DNA from: Octopus vulgaris
Lineage: Eukaryota
Length of the DNA stretch: 64,000 nucleotides
Reading direction: 5' to 3'
Assembly (NCBI GenBank): GCA_951406725.2
Contig: OX597833.1
Coordinates: 28,024,001 to 28,088,000, forward strand
Shown here: piece after piece, positions 44,271 to 55,645 of the stretch
Layout of the letters: each line of letters opens with the position of its first letter
Position numbering within the stretch: position 1 is the stretch's first letter
Made by a program: the position numbers and the translations under genes
The notes under the pieces: generated by a model
What the model was told of the DNA's origin: nothing
Database searches by the model: none
The model's input: only the letters and a program-made list of their open reading frames with translations

Positions 44271-44279
44271 CTCACAAAA

Positions 44280-44990
44280 CCAAGTGGTGTAAATGATAAT
44301 TTATAATCTGGATATAGAAGCTGGAGGTTTTGAAACGGCTGTTCATGATTATCTTCTTTCTCTTTGATTTTCAGAGATATTCACATCAGCAGGATAGCTG
44401 ACCTCTGTGATGGTACAAACTGTCTCTTGTCTGTCCCAAACAACAATATCCGATCTGTTGTTTTACACTTGACGGATGCTTTGATGAGAATTTTCCACCA
44501 GCATTCCTTCTGCAGATGTTTTTGCATGTCTTCAATAACGGCAGGATTTTCTATATTTATTCCAGGACAGTTATTATTTTTTTCTGGATGGCATTGTATA
44601 TTGCTTTTGCGACAGACTGTCGCATACGAAGGTAGTAACTTGATGACATTTTTGGGCAGCTGCTAACCACATGTGTGATGTTTTCCACAGAAATACGAAA
44701 TAATCTACATTTTAAGTTGTATCTTGAAGTTCCAAGGGATTCGCTGTCTCTTGTTAATTAGGTATTTAGTAGCAACCTCTTGTTCTTTAATTGCATAAAA
44801 TTTGAAGCGTGACATTATGTAGCGGTCACGAGTCCTAGAGAGTCGTTTTCAAGTCTTCAGGAAACATACCCTGGTAGAGTATTTTATGTTTTCCCTTCGA
44901 GTTTTATGCAAGTTTTTCTTGAGAGAGTTCAAGCTAACAAAGTGACAATGCTTTTTGAGTTAAGAGAGTTCCCGTTATTTTGTCCTGGAA
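44280..44990 (-). mobile_element. Decayed RLE-type (R4/Dong-like) LINE fragment, copy 4
   Basis: Minus-strand YAIKEQEVATKYL, SCPKMSSSYYLRMRQSVAKAIYNA, NRSDIVVWDRQETVCTITEVSYPADVN, KIKEKEDN...LYPDYK. Confidence 0.82.
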
Positions 44991-45284
44991 ATAGCCACTC
45001 CGAAATGCATGCATCACTCGGTCTGGATAGGTGGCGCTGTGAGCTGATTTAGGTGTATTCGCGCCTATTTGTCTACAGCAAGAAATTTTCTCCATGACAA
45101 AATACAGTGAATGGCTTTCTTACGATTCGAATATGCCTCAAACATATTTAAACTGATAAGAAGCTTGCATTTATATACATCACTGATCAGCGTTGTCAGC
45201 GTTGTCGGTGCTGTCAGCCCTTATTTAAGGCAAGGCGCTGAATAGCTCAACAATTCATTGAACAATGACGGCAATATCATAAGC

Positions 45285-45595
45285 GTGGAGGCGCAACGGC
45301 CCAGTGGTTAGGGCAGCGGACTCGCGGTCGGAGGATCGCGGTTTCGATTCCCAGACCGGGCGTTGTGTGTGTTTATTGAGTGAAAACACCTAAAGCTCCA
45401 CGAGGCTCCGGCAGGGAGTGGTGGCAACTCCTGTTGTACTCTTTCGCCCCAACTTTCTCTCACTCTTTCTTCCTGTTTCTTGGATAACGCTGCGATGGAC
45501 TGGCGTCCCGTCCAGCTGGGGGGAACACATACGCCACAGAAACCGGGAAACCGGGCCCATGAGCCTGGCTAGGCTTGGAAAGGGCGCATAAAAAA
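45285..45595 (+). mobile_element. Full-length tRNA-derived SINE family B with 12-bp target-site duplication
   Basis: Head GGCCCAGTGGTTAGGGCAGCGGAC...GGTTTCGATTCCC; central GCGATGGACTGGCGTCCCGTCCAG (V-domain-like, from recall); A-tail; TSD AATATCATAAGC at 45273-45284 and 45596-45607. Confidence 0.93.
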
Positions 45596-46711
45596 AATAT
45601 CATAAGCAGAACCTGTCTCTCGTCTCAGTTGGCAGCATCTACCCTTCTGGCCATCTATGGCTGATAACTACTCCGAAATGCGTGCCTCCCAGTCTGGTTA
45701 GGCGACCGTGTGAGCTGACTCGGTGTATTTACGCTTATTTGTCTACAGCGAGAAATTTTCTCATGACATAATACAGCGGAGAGGAAGGCCCCGGAACGAC
45801 ACACATTTTCTCCTGATGTCCTATAAACTTGTTAGTGTTCAGTATGCGGTGCTTTCAACAGGCAACACTTGCATCTGCAAGTTGTTTACAAAAAATCTAT
45901 CTGTTTATCTATCTATCTTTCTACACACGCGCGCGTGTGCGTGTGTGCATAGTGAATATTCGTCGCATATATTTTCCATTTCATTTAAATTTGTTCGTTA
46001 TAAACCTTCGTTAGATTGTCATAACTAACATTCAAAATTTTACGTTTTTTATTAGGTTTTTCTGTAACCTTCAGCCAGTAACATCAAAAAAAGATTTTTC
46101 TTACATACTTTCTAAAACATTTAAACATCGAAATTTCACTGTTTCAATGCACGGTCGCCCGTGAACATCGAAGTCACAGTCTCTGTGTGTTTCTGCCTAA
46201 TAAAACATTTAGATTCAACCTCATTGTTCACGTATTTTCTTAGTTAACAGTTTTTTTTGTTTATGAAAACAATCTAACACCAAGTTCAGATTCACCTTGG
46301 TTTATTTTAGTGGTCGAGAAATAAAGTACCAGTCAAGTACTTCTCAAGATTGAAATTTAGGCAATGTGTTACATATCCCGGTGCCCAAATAATTACAGAT
46401 ATAAACCTGAACTTCTAATCTGGATAAAGGAACTGCAAGTTTCTCAGTAGTTCAGCGTAGATATTTTCTTTTTCTCTGATCTTGTGTTAACATCCGCTGG
46501 ACAGCTGATTTCCATAATTGTACACAGTTTCCCTTCTCTATCCCAAATCATTATGTATGTATGTATGTATGTATGTATGTATGTATGTATGTATGTATGT
46601 ATGTATGTATGATAGAACTGGTTTCTAACCTAGATCCAAGGCTCCTTCATTGGAATTTCAATATCAACAACAAGGTATTTTTGTATGTATGTATGTACGT
46701 ATGTATGTATG

Positions 46712-46745
<34 letters not shown>

Positions 46746-47649
46746 TTCTCATGTATATAGTTGCAAATGTAGACATGCTCATATATATTTGAATGTTATA
46801 CTTTTGGATAGTTTTTTATGTATGTATGCATGTATGTATGGGTAAGTATAAGTATAATTATAAGTATAAGTATATGAATGTATCTATGCATTTGAGCATC
46901 TTCATAAAAATACTTATATTCAAATTTATGAATGCTTCAAAGTGACATTTACAACAAAAATACCTCTAAGTCACAGCTAAAACCGCCAGGCAGGCGTAGT
47001 AATATCACTACTGTGCTCTGTGTAGCAAATGCGAGATTCCAATCCCATGTATGACATTGTCCACCTTTTTTCTGTTTAAGGTGTCTTTAGCCCATATATT
47101 ACAAGCTGCTACTAAATTTCTATTAGAACAGCTTCATAAAAAAGGCTTGTCTTCATACGTATGTTTGTGTGCGTATTATATGTGCGTAGAAAGGGAAAAG
47201 TTGCCTTTCAGAAAATATATTAAAAGCTTGACAGTATTCCAGCTCAGTCTTTCTTAATGGAAGTCTTTCACAGTTTCTTATTAATTTTTTTTTAGGTTAG
47301 TTTAGTGACAATAACATTGCTAAATCCAGCCATCTTTGACGTTTCAAGGCTTTCTGGAAACGTCAGCAGCGAAATGTTATTCTTATTAACTAAATATGGA
47401 GGATTAATAAGGAGATGAGATAAAAGAAAAAAAAAACCTTCTTCAGAAAGATCATGCTAGAACGTACCCATGTATTCGTATACCTTGCAGGCCTTAAGAA
47501 TCATGCGAGACGTCATCAGCGAAGAGAAAACCAAACTTGAGATGTTTCTTAGAATGAAATGTGTCTAAGAAGCAGTCTTACTCGGTCACGAGTCGACTTA
47601 CATTTATGTGTGTGCGTGTACACGCGCGCGCGTGTATATATATATTATC

Positions 47650-47840
47650 TTTTATTTTTTGGTTATTTCAATCATTAAATTTCGGCCATGCTTGAATCGA
47701 CCACAGTACTTGATATTTTTTTGTAAAGCTTGGTACTTATTCTGTCAGGCTCTTTTGCCGAACTGCTAAGTTACAGAGAAATAAACACACCAACACCGGT
47801 TGTCAAGTAGTGATGGGGAACAAACACAGACACAAAGACA
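47650..47840 (-). mobile_element. SINE family A, 3' half
   Basis: CTCTTTTGCCGAACTGCTAAGTTAC...GGTTGTCAAG. Confidence 0.75.
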
Positions 47841-47866
47841 CGCACACACACACGCACAACTATGTG

Positions 47867-47942
<76 letters not shown>

Positions 47943-47976
47943 TATGTATGTCTATATGTATGTATACGTATGTATG

Positions 47977-48014
<38 letters not shown>

Positions 48015-48127
48015 CATGTATGTATATGTGTGTGTATATATGTATGAATGTATATATATATATATGAGTATGTATATGTGGGTGTCTATATGTATATATA
48101 TGTGTGTATATATATGTGTGTATGTGT

Positions 48128-48170
<43 letters not shown>

Positions 48171-48854
48171 AAAGTATGTATTTGTAAATGCATGTATGGA
48201 TATGTATGTGCATAAGTATATGTGTATTGGTATCGAAAGCGTTTGGAACGTGTAAACAGCGAAATAACATTGCTCCGTTTATAATAGAGTTCCCAAAAGA
48301 AGTAAAAATGGAAAGAAAAGCCTACGAAAAAGACCAACCTTAGGCAGGCAAAGAAACGCATGAGAGCAAGGCTCTCTCTCTCCCTCTCTCTCCCCTTATC
48401 TCTCTCCCTCTCTCTCTCTCCCCTCTCTCCCCTTATCTCTCTCCCTCTCTCACCTTCTCTCTCTCTCCCTCTCTCTCTCCCTCTCCCTCTTTCTCTCTCT
48501 CTCTCCCTCTCTCTCTCTCAGATCTACAGGATCATGCTCAAAGTGGTTTCGTCACTCGCGCGTACCATCTTTGCTACATTCACCTACCTTTTTTTGAAAC
48601 TTTCATGAGACACAGCTTCCTTCTCTACTCTCACCTTTTTTTTCATGTCGAAACTAAAAGTTCTAGATTGTATTGTCCCCTCTATGTTCGGCCCTGCGTT
48701 GCTAATAAAGAAATCTATATGTGGATTGGTATGTATAAACAAAAGAATTTGAGTGTACATATTTCTGTATCAGTGTGTTAGTTTATTTATGTTTGTATAT
48801 GTAAATCTATGTACGCCTATATTATATCCGTAAATATCCAAGTATATTAATTAT

Positions 48855-49265
48855 CTTCTATTGCCCACAAGGGGACTAAACATTGAGGGGACAAACAAGG
48901 ACAGACAAAGGGATTATGTCGATTACATCGACCCCAGTGCGAAACTGGTATTTATTTAATTGATCTCGAAAGGATGAAAGGCTAAGTCGACCTCGGCAGA
49001 ATTTGAACTTAGAACGTAACGTCAGACGAAATACCTATTTCTTTACTACTCACAAGGGCTAAACACAGAGAGGACAAACAAGGACAGACATTCGGATTAA
49101 GTCGATTATATCGACCCCAGATGCGTAACTGGTACTTAATTTATCGACCCCGAAAGGATGAAAGGCAAAGTCGACCTCGGCAGAATTTGAACTCAGAACG
49201 TAGCGGCAGACGAAATACGGCTACGCATTTCGCCCGACGTGCTAACGTTTCTACCAGCTCACCGT
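48855..49265 (-). mobile_element. SINE family C, dimeric form
   Basis: A unit of about 180 bp (...GGACAAACAAGGACAGAC...GAATTTGAACT...CAGACGAAATAC) occurs twice. Confidence 0.9.
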
Positions 49266-49859
49266 TGTATATCAATTATTGTCTCCCCTACGTTACAACA
49301 AATTACACCAGCTCATTTTTGGTTCGTTTTTCCTTTCTATGAAAACATACTCAACAATGATATACACGACTACAATATAAACAACTATTTCGACATACAC
49401 TAACAAAAAAAAACCCTTCTTGTATACCTAATGACTCTATTTCTGATTATATATAAGTTTATAACGTAAGTAATCCCCTCGTTTTATACCTTTTTACTCG
49501 TATAGTATTTATCTCTAAATCTTAAAAATATATCAAGCGGTTCCTAAATATTAATTACAACATAAAACACTTATTTTTGTCTATGAATATTTATCCTATT
49601 ATTTACAATAAATACTTAAATTATAAATTTTATTAACTAGAAATTATTATCTAATACTATGACTAACTACTAATCTTTCAAAAAAAATATCTGATGTCGA
49701 AAGGAGAATTGACGGTCAATTAACCCTTACATGACCAACATCTCCAAAAGAAAATTTTCAAATAAAAGCTAACCAGAGATAGAAAAAACCAAAGATAAAT
49801 CTGTATGTAATAACCTTTCCAGTTTTGGAACGAGTAGAGGAATTATGAGAGGAGGAGGA

Positions 49860-50010
49860 GGAGTCGATTGTATCGACCTCAGTGCTCAACTGGTGGTTTA
49901 TTTTGTCAACCCCGAAAGGATAAAAGACAAAGTCGACCTCGGCGACATTTGAACTCAGAGACGAGAGAAACACCGCTAAGCATTTTGGCCATCGCGGTAA
50001 CAATTAAGCC
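49860..50010 (-). mobile_element. SINE family C
   Basis: CCCGAAAGGAT...AAAGTCGACCTCGGCG. Confidence 0.8.
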
Positions 50011-50054
50011 AGCCTGCCGCCTAAATCTGTAATATCGATTCCATGGGTTGAAGC

Positions 50055-50265
50055 TGCGAGCTGGCAGAACCATTAACATGTCAGGCAAAATGCATAGCGG
50101 CATTTCGTCCGTCTTTACGTTCTGAGTTCAAATTCCGCCGAGGTCGGCTTTACCTTTCATCCTTTCGAGGGTCGATAAAATAAGTACCAGTTCGACACTA
50201 TGGGTTGATGTAATCGATTTAGCCCCTTCCCTGAAATTGCCGGCCTTGTGCCAAAATTTGAAATT
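50055..50265 (+). mobile_element. SINE family C, head-to-head with the 49860 copy
   Basis: GCGAGCTGGCAGAACC...GAGTTCAAATTCCGCCGAGGTCGG...GATAAAATAAGTACCAG. Confidence 0.88.
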
Positions 50266-50415
50266 AATATCGATCCTTTGACAGGAACAAGGGGGTATAG
50301 GGGAGATAAGTCACACTTAAGTCTGCTGGTTGTAGATCTAAGAAAAGAAATACCGACAGATAAATACTAAGTTGAAATACCGACAGATAAATACTAAGTT
50401 GATAAGCAAATTTAT

Positions 50416-50627
50416 TTACTCTTTACTCTTTTACTTGTTTCAGTCATTTGACTGCGGCACCGCTTTTAGTCGAGCAAATCGACCCCAGGACTTATTCTTT
50501 GTAAGCCTACTACTTATTCTATCGGTCTTTTTTTTGCCGAACCGCTAAGTCACGGGGACGTAAACACACCAGCATCGGTTGTCAAGTGATGTTGGGGGGA
50601 CAAACACAGACACACAAACATATATAT

Positions 50628-50678
<51 letters not shown>

Positions 50679-50841
50679 CGACAGGCTTCTTTCAGTTTCC
50701 GTCTACCAAATCCATTCACAAGGCTTTGGTCGGCCCGAGGGTATAGTAGAAGACACTTGCCCAAGGTGCCACGCAGTGGGACTGAACCCGGAACCATGTG
50801 GTTGATAAGCAAGCTACTTACCACACAGCCACTCTTGCGCC
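50416..50841 (-). mobile_element. Full-length tRNA-derived SINE family A
   Basis: Minus-strand head GGCGCAAGAGTGGCTGTGTGGTAAG...GGTTCAGTCCC, internal (TA)n, tail GACTGAAACAAGTAAAAGAGTAAAGAG. Confidence 0.93.
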
Positions 50842-51038
50842 TATTTATTCATTTATTCATTCATTTATTTATATAGTCATGCTGCAATAAATTTCATGGA
50901 AATAAAATAGTTACGAAGCTAGATACAGACAGCTTGTTAAGTTACAACATAACACAGCACATACAGAAACATGTATACCTTTCTCTGTACGTGCGGGTGG
51001 AGCGTGTGTGTTTGAGTGCATGTATGTGTGTGTGTATA

Positions 51039-52040
51039 TACAGAGTGTTCAGGATAAATTTGACGATTTTTATATCTCCCTTTTTCAGGAAAAGCCTGAT
51101 GTATTGGTGAACGGTCAACGGCGTTGGAGCGCATAAAGATTAAAGTTGTAGTTGACAAAACAATTAAGTGAATATTGGAAAATAGTTACCTGTGTCGTGA
51201 TGATTCATGCCGGGTATCAAAATGCGGACATCATGACTGCTGTTCTGTGCTCTGGACATACTGTAAGAGCTGTAAGACGTAACATAGACAGCTGCAATGG
51301 AGACCTCGAAGAGACATAGCAGGAGCCCTGACTGCGTCCGCACGTCGGAATTCATCCAATAACTACAGGACAAAGTAATGGAAAATCCAAGGAAGCGAAT
51401 CTAGGCTTTGGCAAGGGAGATGGGTGCTGGAGTCACCACCATGAAACTGACCCTGATTGAGAACCTTCACTACAACTCGTACAAGATGCGCAAGGAAAAA
51501 TTCCGAAAGCCAAGGTCAAGGAAAACCGCTTGGCAAAAAAACTCCTGGATAAGTTAAGGCATCCTGTTGAGGTGGGGAAGAACTGGTTCTTCTCGGATGA
51601 AAAGAACTTCTGCCAGGACCACTGCACAGCACCCAGAACAACAGGTGACTTTTCTACAACACATGTGCTGTCCAACGTATCATTTAAACCATGTTCTCCC
51701 AAACTGCGATGGTCTTTGGGTGTAGATCCACTGAGGGTGGCGTCAAATCACTCCACACTTTCGAACAGGGCTTTAGGCTCAATTCAGACGACTATGGGAA
51801 GCTGTTGGAGACTGCTGTCAAACATTGACTGGAGAGGGTTGCTGCAGGATTCGGCTCCTTGTCATACCTCCGGAAAGAATCAGATGTAGTTGTCGGTGAA
51901 TCTCTACCACTTCGCTTGCCCCGATTTCTGGCCTCCTAATTCCTTCGATTGTTATCCCATGGATTCTTATGAAAGACGCCAACCACACTGCTTGCAACAT
52001 CAAGGCCGAACTGATGGCCAAGGTGTTCAAAGACCTATGA
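51039..52040 (+). pseudogene. maT-type (DD37D) Tc1/mariner relic
   Basis: TA+CAGAGTGTTC left end; WFFSDEKNF; QDSAPCH...WPPNSFDCYPMD with 37 codons counted between the second and third D (one is a stop). Confidence 0.85.
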
Positions 52041-52393
52041 GGTAGGCATCGTTGTATGTGAGTATGTAGTGTTTAAAAGGCCGCCGTTTATAGAATGTTA
52101 ATCATTGCCACCACCACCTCCTAAAAGGAGATGATGGTGGCGACGGTGATTAACATTCTGCAAACGGTTCTATTGGGCCTGCTAGAGAAAATAATGTAGA
52201 CCATTTCAGCCGTTTTCTTGTTAATTGCTCCTCTCATTGAAGCACACTAATTACAACAGCTTCTGTTAATGTGTTAGTTGGGTATTAATTAAACAGATTA
52301 TTAATCATCATCATCATCTTCTTCCTCGTCATAATCATCATCATCATCATATTCATCATTATCATCATCCTCATCATCATCATCATCATCATC

Positions 52394-52424
<31 letters not shown>

Positions 52425-52884
52425 CGTTTCGCTCTGATGTAGTCTCTGTGTGATCAATTAAGGAAAGCTTTGTTGAGTAATTAAAGCACGATCTGAATCT
52501 AGTTATAACAAGTTATTAGTAAATTAATTATCATGGTTATTGTGCTTGTTTAGTAATCAATTCCTATTACAATTTGCTTTGTTGACGTTATAAACATACT
52601 GTGTTAAGGAACAAACATTGCAGATTATTGTGTTAACAAAGTTGACTTGCAAACAGTATTTAATAAACAATCAATTTAAATGTCGTGAGAACATACGGTA
52701 GCTAAGCGGTGAAATGGCAGAGTCGTTAGAGTGACGGACAGAATGACTTGCGATATTTGTTATGGCTCTCTAAACAATAAGTTCAAATACTGCAGTGGTT
52801 AACTACTTTTCATCCATTCGAGGTTGATAAATAAAGTATCAGCACTGCGTTAACAGTTATTTGTCTATTTCTATATTCATTCGT

Positions 52885-53135
52885 CCAACCATTTCCTCCG
52901 TTCACTATTCCTGGAAAGGTCTTGAGAGTAGGGCTGTCAGGCATCTCCTCCATTGGGTCCTACCAGAAGAAACCATCATTGCACTTTGTGACTGAAATTT
53001 AAAGCGTGGCCGACTAACTCTGTGGATATTACCCGACCATCTCGTTCTTGGTTTACCCTTAGGTCTTCTGACGGTTCGCTCGGCTTGAAGAATCCTAACT
53101 TGGCTTGACGAATCCTCTCAGCAATTCATTTAGTA
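52885..53135 (-). mobile_element. RTE-like LINE 3' fragment
   Basis: Minus-strand RILQAERTVRRPKGKPRTRWSGNI resembles the RTE C-terminal RxRGRPxxxW motif, also seen as GRGRPRKTW in the 59089 ORF. Confidence 0.55.
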
Positions 53136-53139
53136 ACCA

Positions 53140-53542
53140 TTATTCTTTTCTACTCTAGGCACTAGACCCGAATTTTGGGGGGAAGAGAGCCAGTTGATTA
53201 GATCGTCCCCAGTACGCAGCAGGTACTTAATTTATCGACCCCGAAAAGATGAAAGGCAAAGACTACCTCGGCGGAATTTGAACCCAGAACGTAAAGACAG
53301 ACGAAATACCTATTTCGTTACTACCCAAAAGGGACTAAACACAGAAGGGACAAACAAGGACAGACAAACGGATTAAGTCGATTATATCGATCCCAGTGCG
53401 TAACTGGTACTTATTTAATCGACCCCGAAAGGATGAAAGGCAAAGTCGACCTCGGCGGAATTTGAACTCAGAAGGTAGCGGCAGACGAAATACGGCTACG
53501 CATTTCGCCCGGTGTGCTAACTTTTCTGCCAGCTCGCCGCCT
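53140..53542 (-). mobile_element. SINE family C, dimeric form
   Basis: Same internal junction (CAGACGAAATACCTATTTC) as 48855-49265. Confidence 0.9.
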
Positions 53543-53661
53543 CATTTAGCAATCATATTTAAACAATTATGTAAAGAATATTGTTTGTTTTCTCTTGAAA
53601 CGAATAATCCTAACCGAGATTATACTCAAATTAATCAACGATATTCTCTTTATATAAACAT

Positions 53662-53995
53662 AGGCGAAGCCGTGGCTGTGTGGGCAGAAGGTTGCTTCTC
53701 AACCACATGGTTGCGGGTTCAGTTCCACTGCATGGTACCTTGAGCAAGTGTCTTATACTATAGCTGCAGGTCGACCAAAGCCTTGTGAGTGAATTTGATA
53801 GTCGAAAACAGAAAGAAGCCCGTCGTGTGTGTGTGTGTTTGTGTGTGTGTGTTTTCATATATGTGTTCGTCCCCTACCACCGCTTGACAATCGGTATTGG
53901 TGTGTTTACCTACCCCTAATTTTAGCAATTCGGCAAAAGAGCTCGATAAAATAAGTACCAGTGCCACAGCATGGCCGCAATCTAATGACAAAAAC
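53662..53995 (+). mobile_element. SINE family A
   Basis: GTGGCTGTGTGGG...GGTTCAGTTCCACTGC...CAGCATGGCCGCAATC. Confidence 0.87.
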
Positions 53996-54299
53996 AAGGA
54001 AAACAAAAAAATAAAAAAGATAGTGAACAATTATACCAATTGTTCATTTGTTAAACATTTAGATTATAGTCTTTATTCCGTAAAGATAAAAAAAAATCAG
54101 ATTAATAAGGAACTGGTATATTAATAGGATTTTATATCAATACTGTAGTAGAGTATAGTATTGAAATAAAAAAACACATTTTAGCCAACATCATGATATA
54201 CAGGAACTTTGAAGAGGTGTGAACTAAAAGGAGCCTCCAATCCAAGAGATAAGAGATGGATGGAGCCCCTAGGCGTGAAGTTTTGCATATAGCTTTGAC

Positions 54300-54610
54300 A
54301 GAAGTTTAGCATATAGGCTTTGCAGATGTCTAAAACAACAACATTATTTTCATCGAACTTCCTTCCCTAAAGCGACAGCCCGATGGTGATTGCCTTAAGA
54401 GAGTAGGTTTCCAGTGAACCTGAATCTGCACAAACCATGCTTGTCATTGACAAGATGGTAGAGAATGCCCTTGTTAATGGTTGTCTCCATCACCTTAGAA
54501 ATGGCAGAAGTGAGAGAAACAGGGTGATAGTTGGTTGGGTCGAAGAATTTGCCTTTCTTTGGAATGGAACACACTAAGGAGCGCTTCCAAATGTCAGAGT
54601 ATATCCACGT
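54300..54610 (-). pseudogene. LINE reverse-transcriptase fragment (CR1/Jockey group)
   Basis: [13 protein letters not shown]...[18 protein letters not shown]...; downstream VLDICKAY. Confidence 0.8.
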
Positions 54611-54963
54611 ATGTATGTATGTATGTATGTATGTATGTATGTATGTATGTATGTATGTATGTATGTATGTATGTACGTAATAACTTGTCCTGTAATTTTC
54701 CAAGATTATGATCTTAAGAATACTATCAGTTGCTGGATGTTTTTCTAATCCGTATTTCGAGCAATTCATGACAAGATACGCTGTCGATAAAACAGTTGCT
54801 CCCGCAAAGCAAATTAAATAGAATTTGGGATTTGGGTCAAAATTGGTAACAGCGAAAACAAACAAGAAGGGTTACTAAGCCTAAACGAGGTGAGGTGGCG
54901 AACTCGAAGGAACAAGCATGGACAGGAGACAGGCAAGAATGCGTCTGATTCCTGCAGCTGAAT

Positions 54964-55034
<71 letters not shown>

Positions 55035-55058
55035 GAAAAAAGAAAAAAGATGACCGAT

Positions 55059-55102
<44 letters not shown>

Positions 55103-55614
55103 TGCAGCGTGGAAGGTGTTTATAAACCATTTAAAAACAATCAAAAACCGCTTGATTCACTTCAACATTTAAATTTAATTTGTCAAAATATTTTCGTCGC
55201 TTTGAGACCGCGACCTGTTCACTGACAAAGCTGCGTGCAGCATCTGAGAAAGTAACAGTTAGTTCATGATATATATGTACGTATGTATGCGTGTTGTGTG
55301 TGTGTGTGTATGTTTGTATGTATGTATGTATGTATGTATGTATGTATGTATGTATTATGTACGTATGTATGTATGTGCGTATGCATATGTTTACATGCGT
55401 ATGCATGTGTGCATGCTTATACGCATGTGTGTATGTAGGTATTATGTACTTATGTATGTACGTGAGTATTTAGATAAGTGTGTAAACGTCTCTGTGTGTC
55501 TGTATGTACACACATACAGACTCGTCTACACACCTGAATACTCACGTACGTACGTACATACATGCATACATACATACATACATACATACATACATACATA
55601 CATACATACATACA

Positions 55615-55645
<31 letters not shown>

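Noticed and set aside
45287-45360. tRNA-like sequences at SINE heads
   Set aside because: They run straight into SINE bodies, one with a TSD, so they are not functional tRNA genes.
47330-47530. Minus-strand CTGATGA and CTGCTGA...GAAACGTC words, plus an LFADDV peptide
   Set aside because: No complete hammerhead fold could be drawn and no further RT motifs are in frame.
50347-50402. 27-bp tandem duplication GAAATACCGACAGATAAATACTAAGTT (also a roughly 60-bp duplication at 25829/25933)
   Set aside because: Ordinary local slippage duplications; no repeat-spacer structure, so not CRISPR-like.
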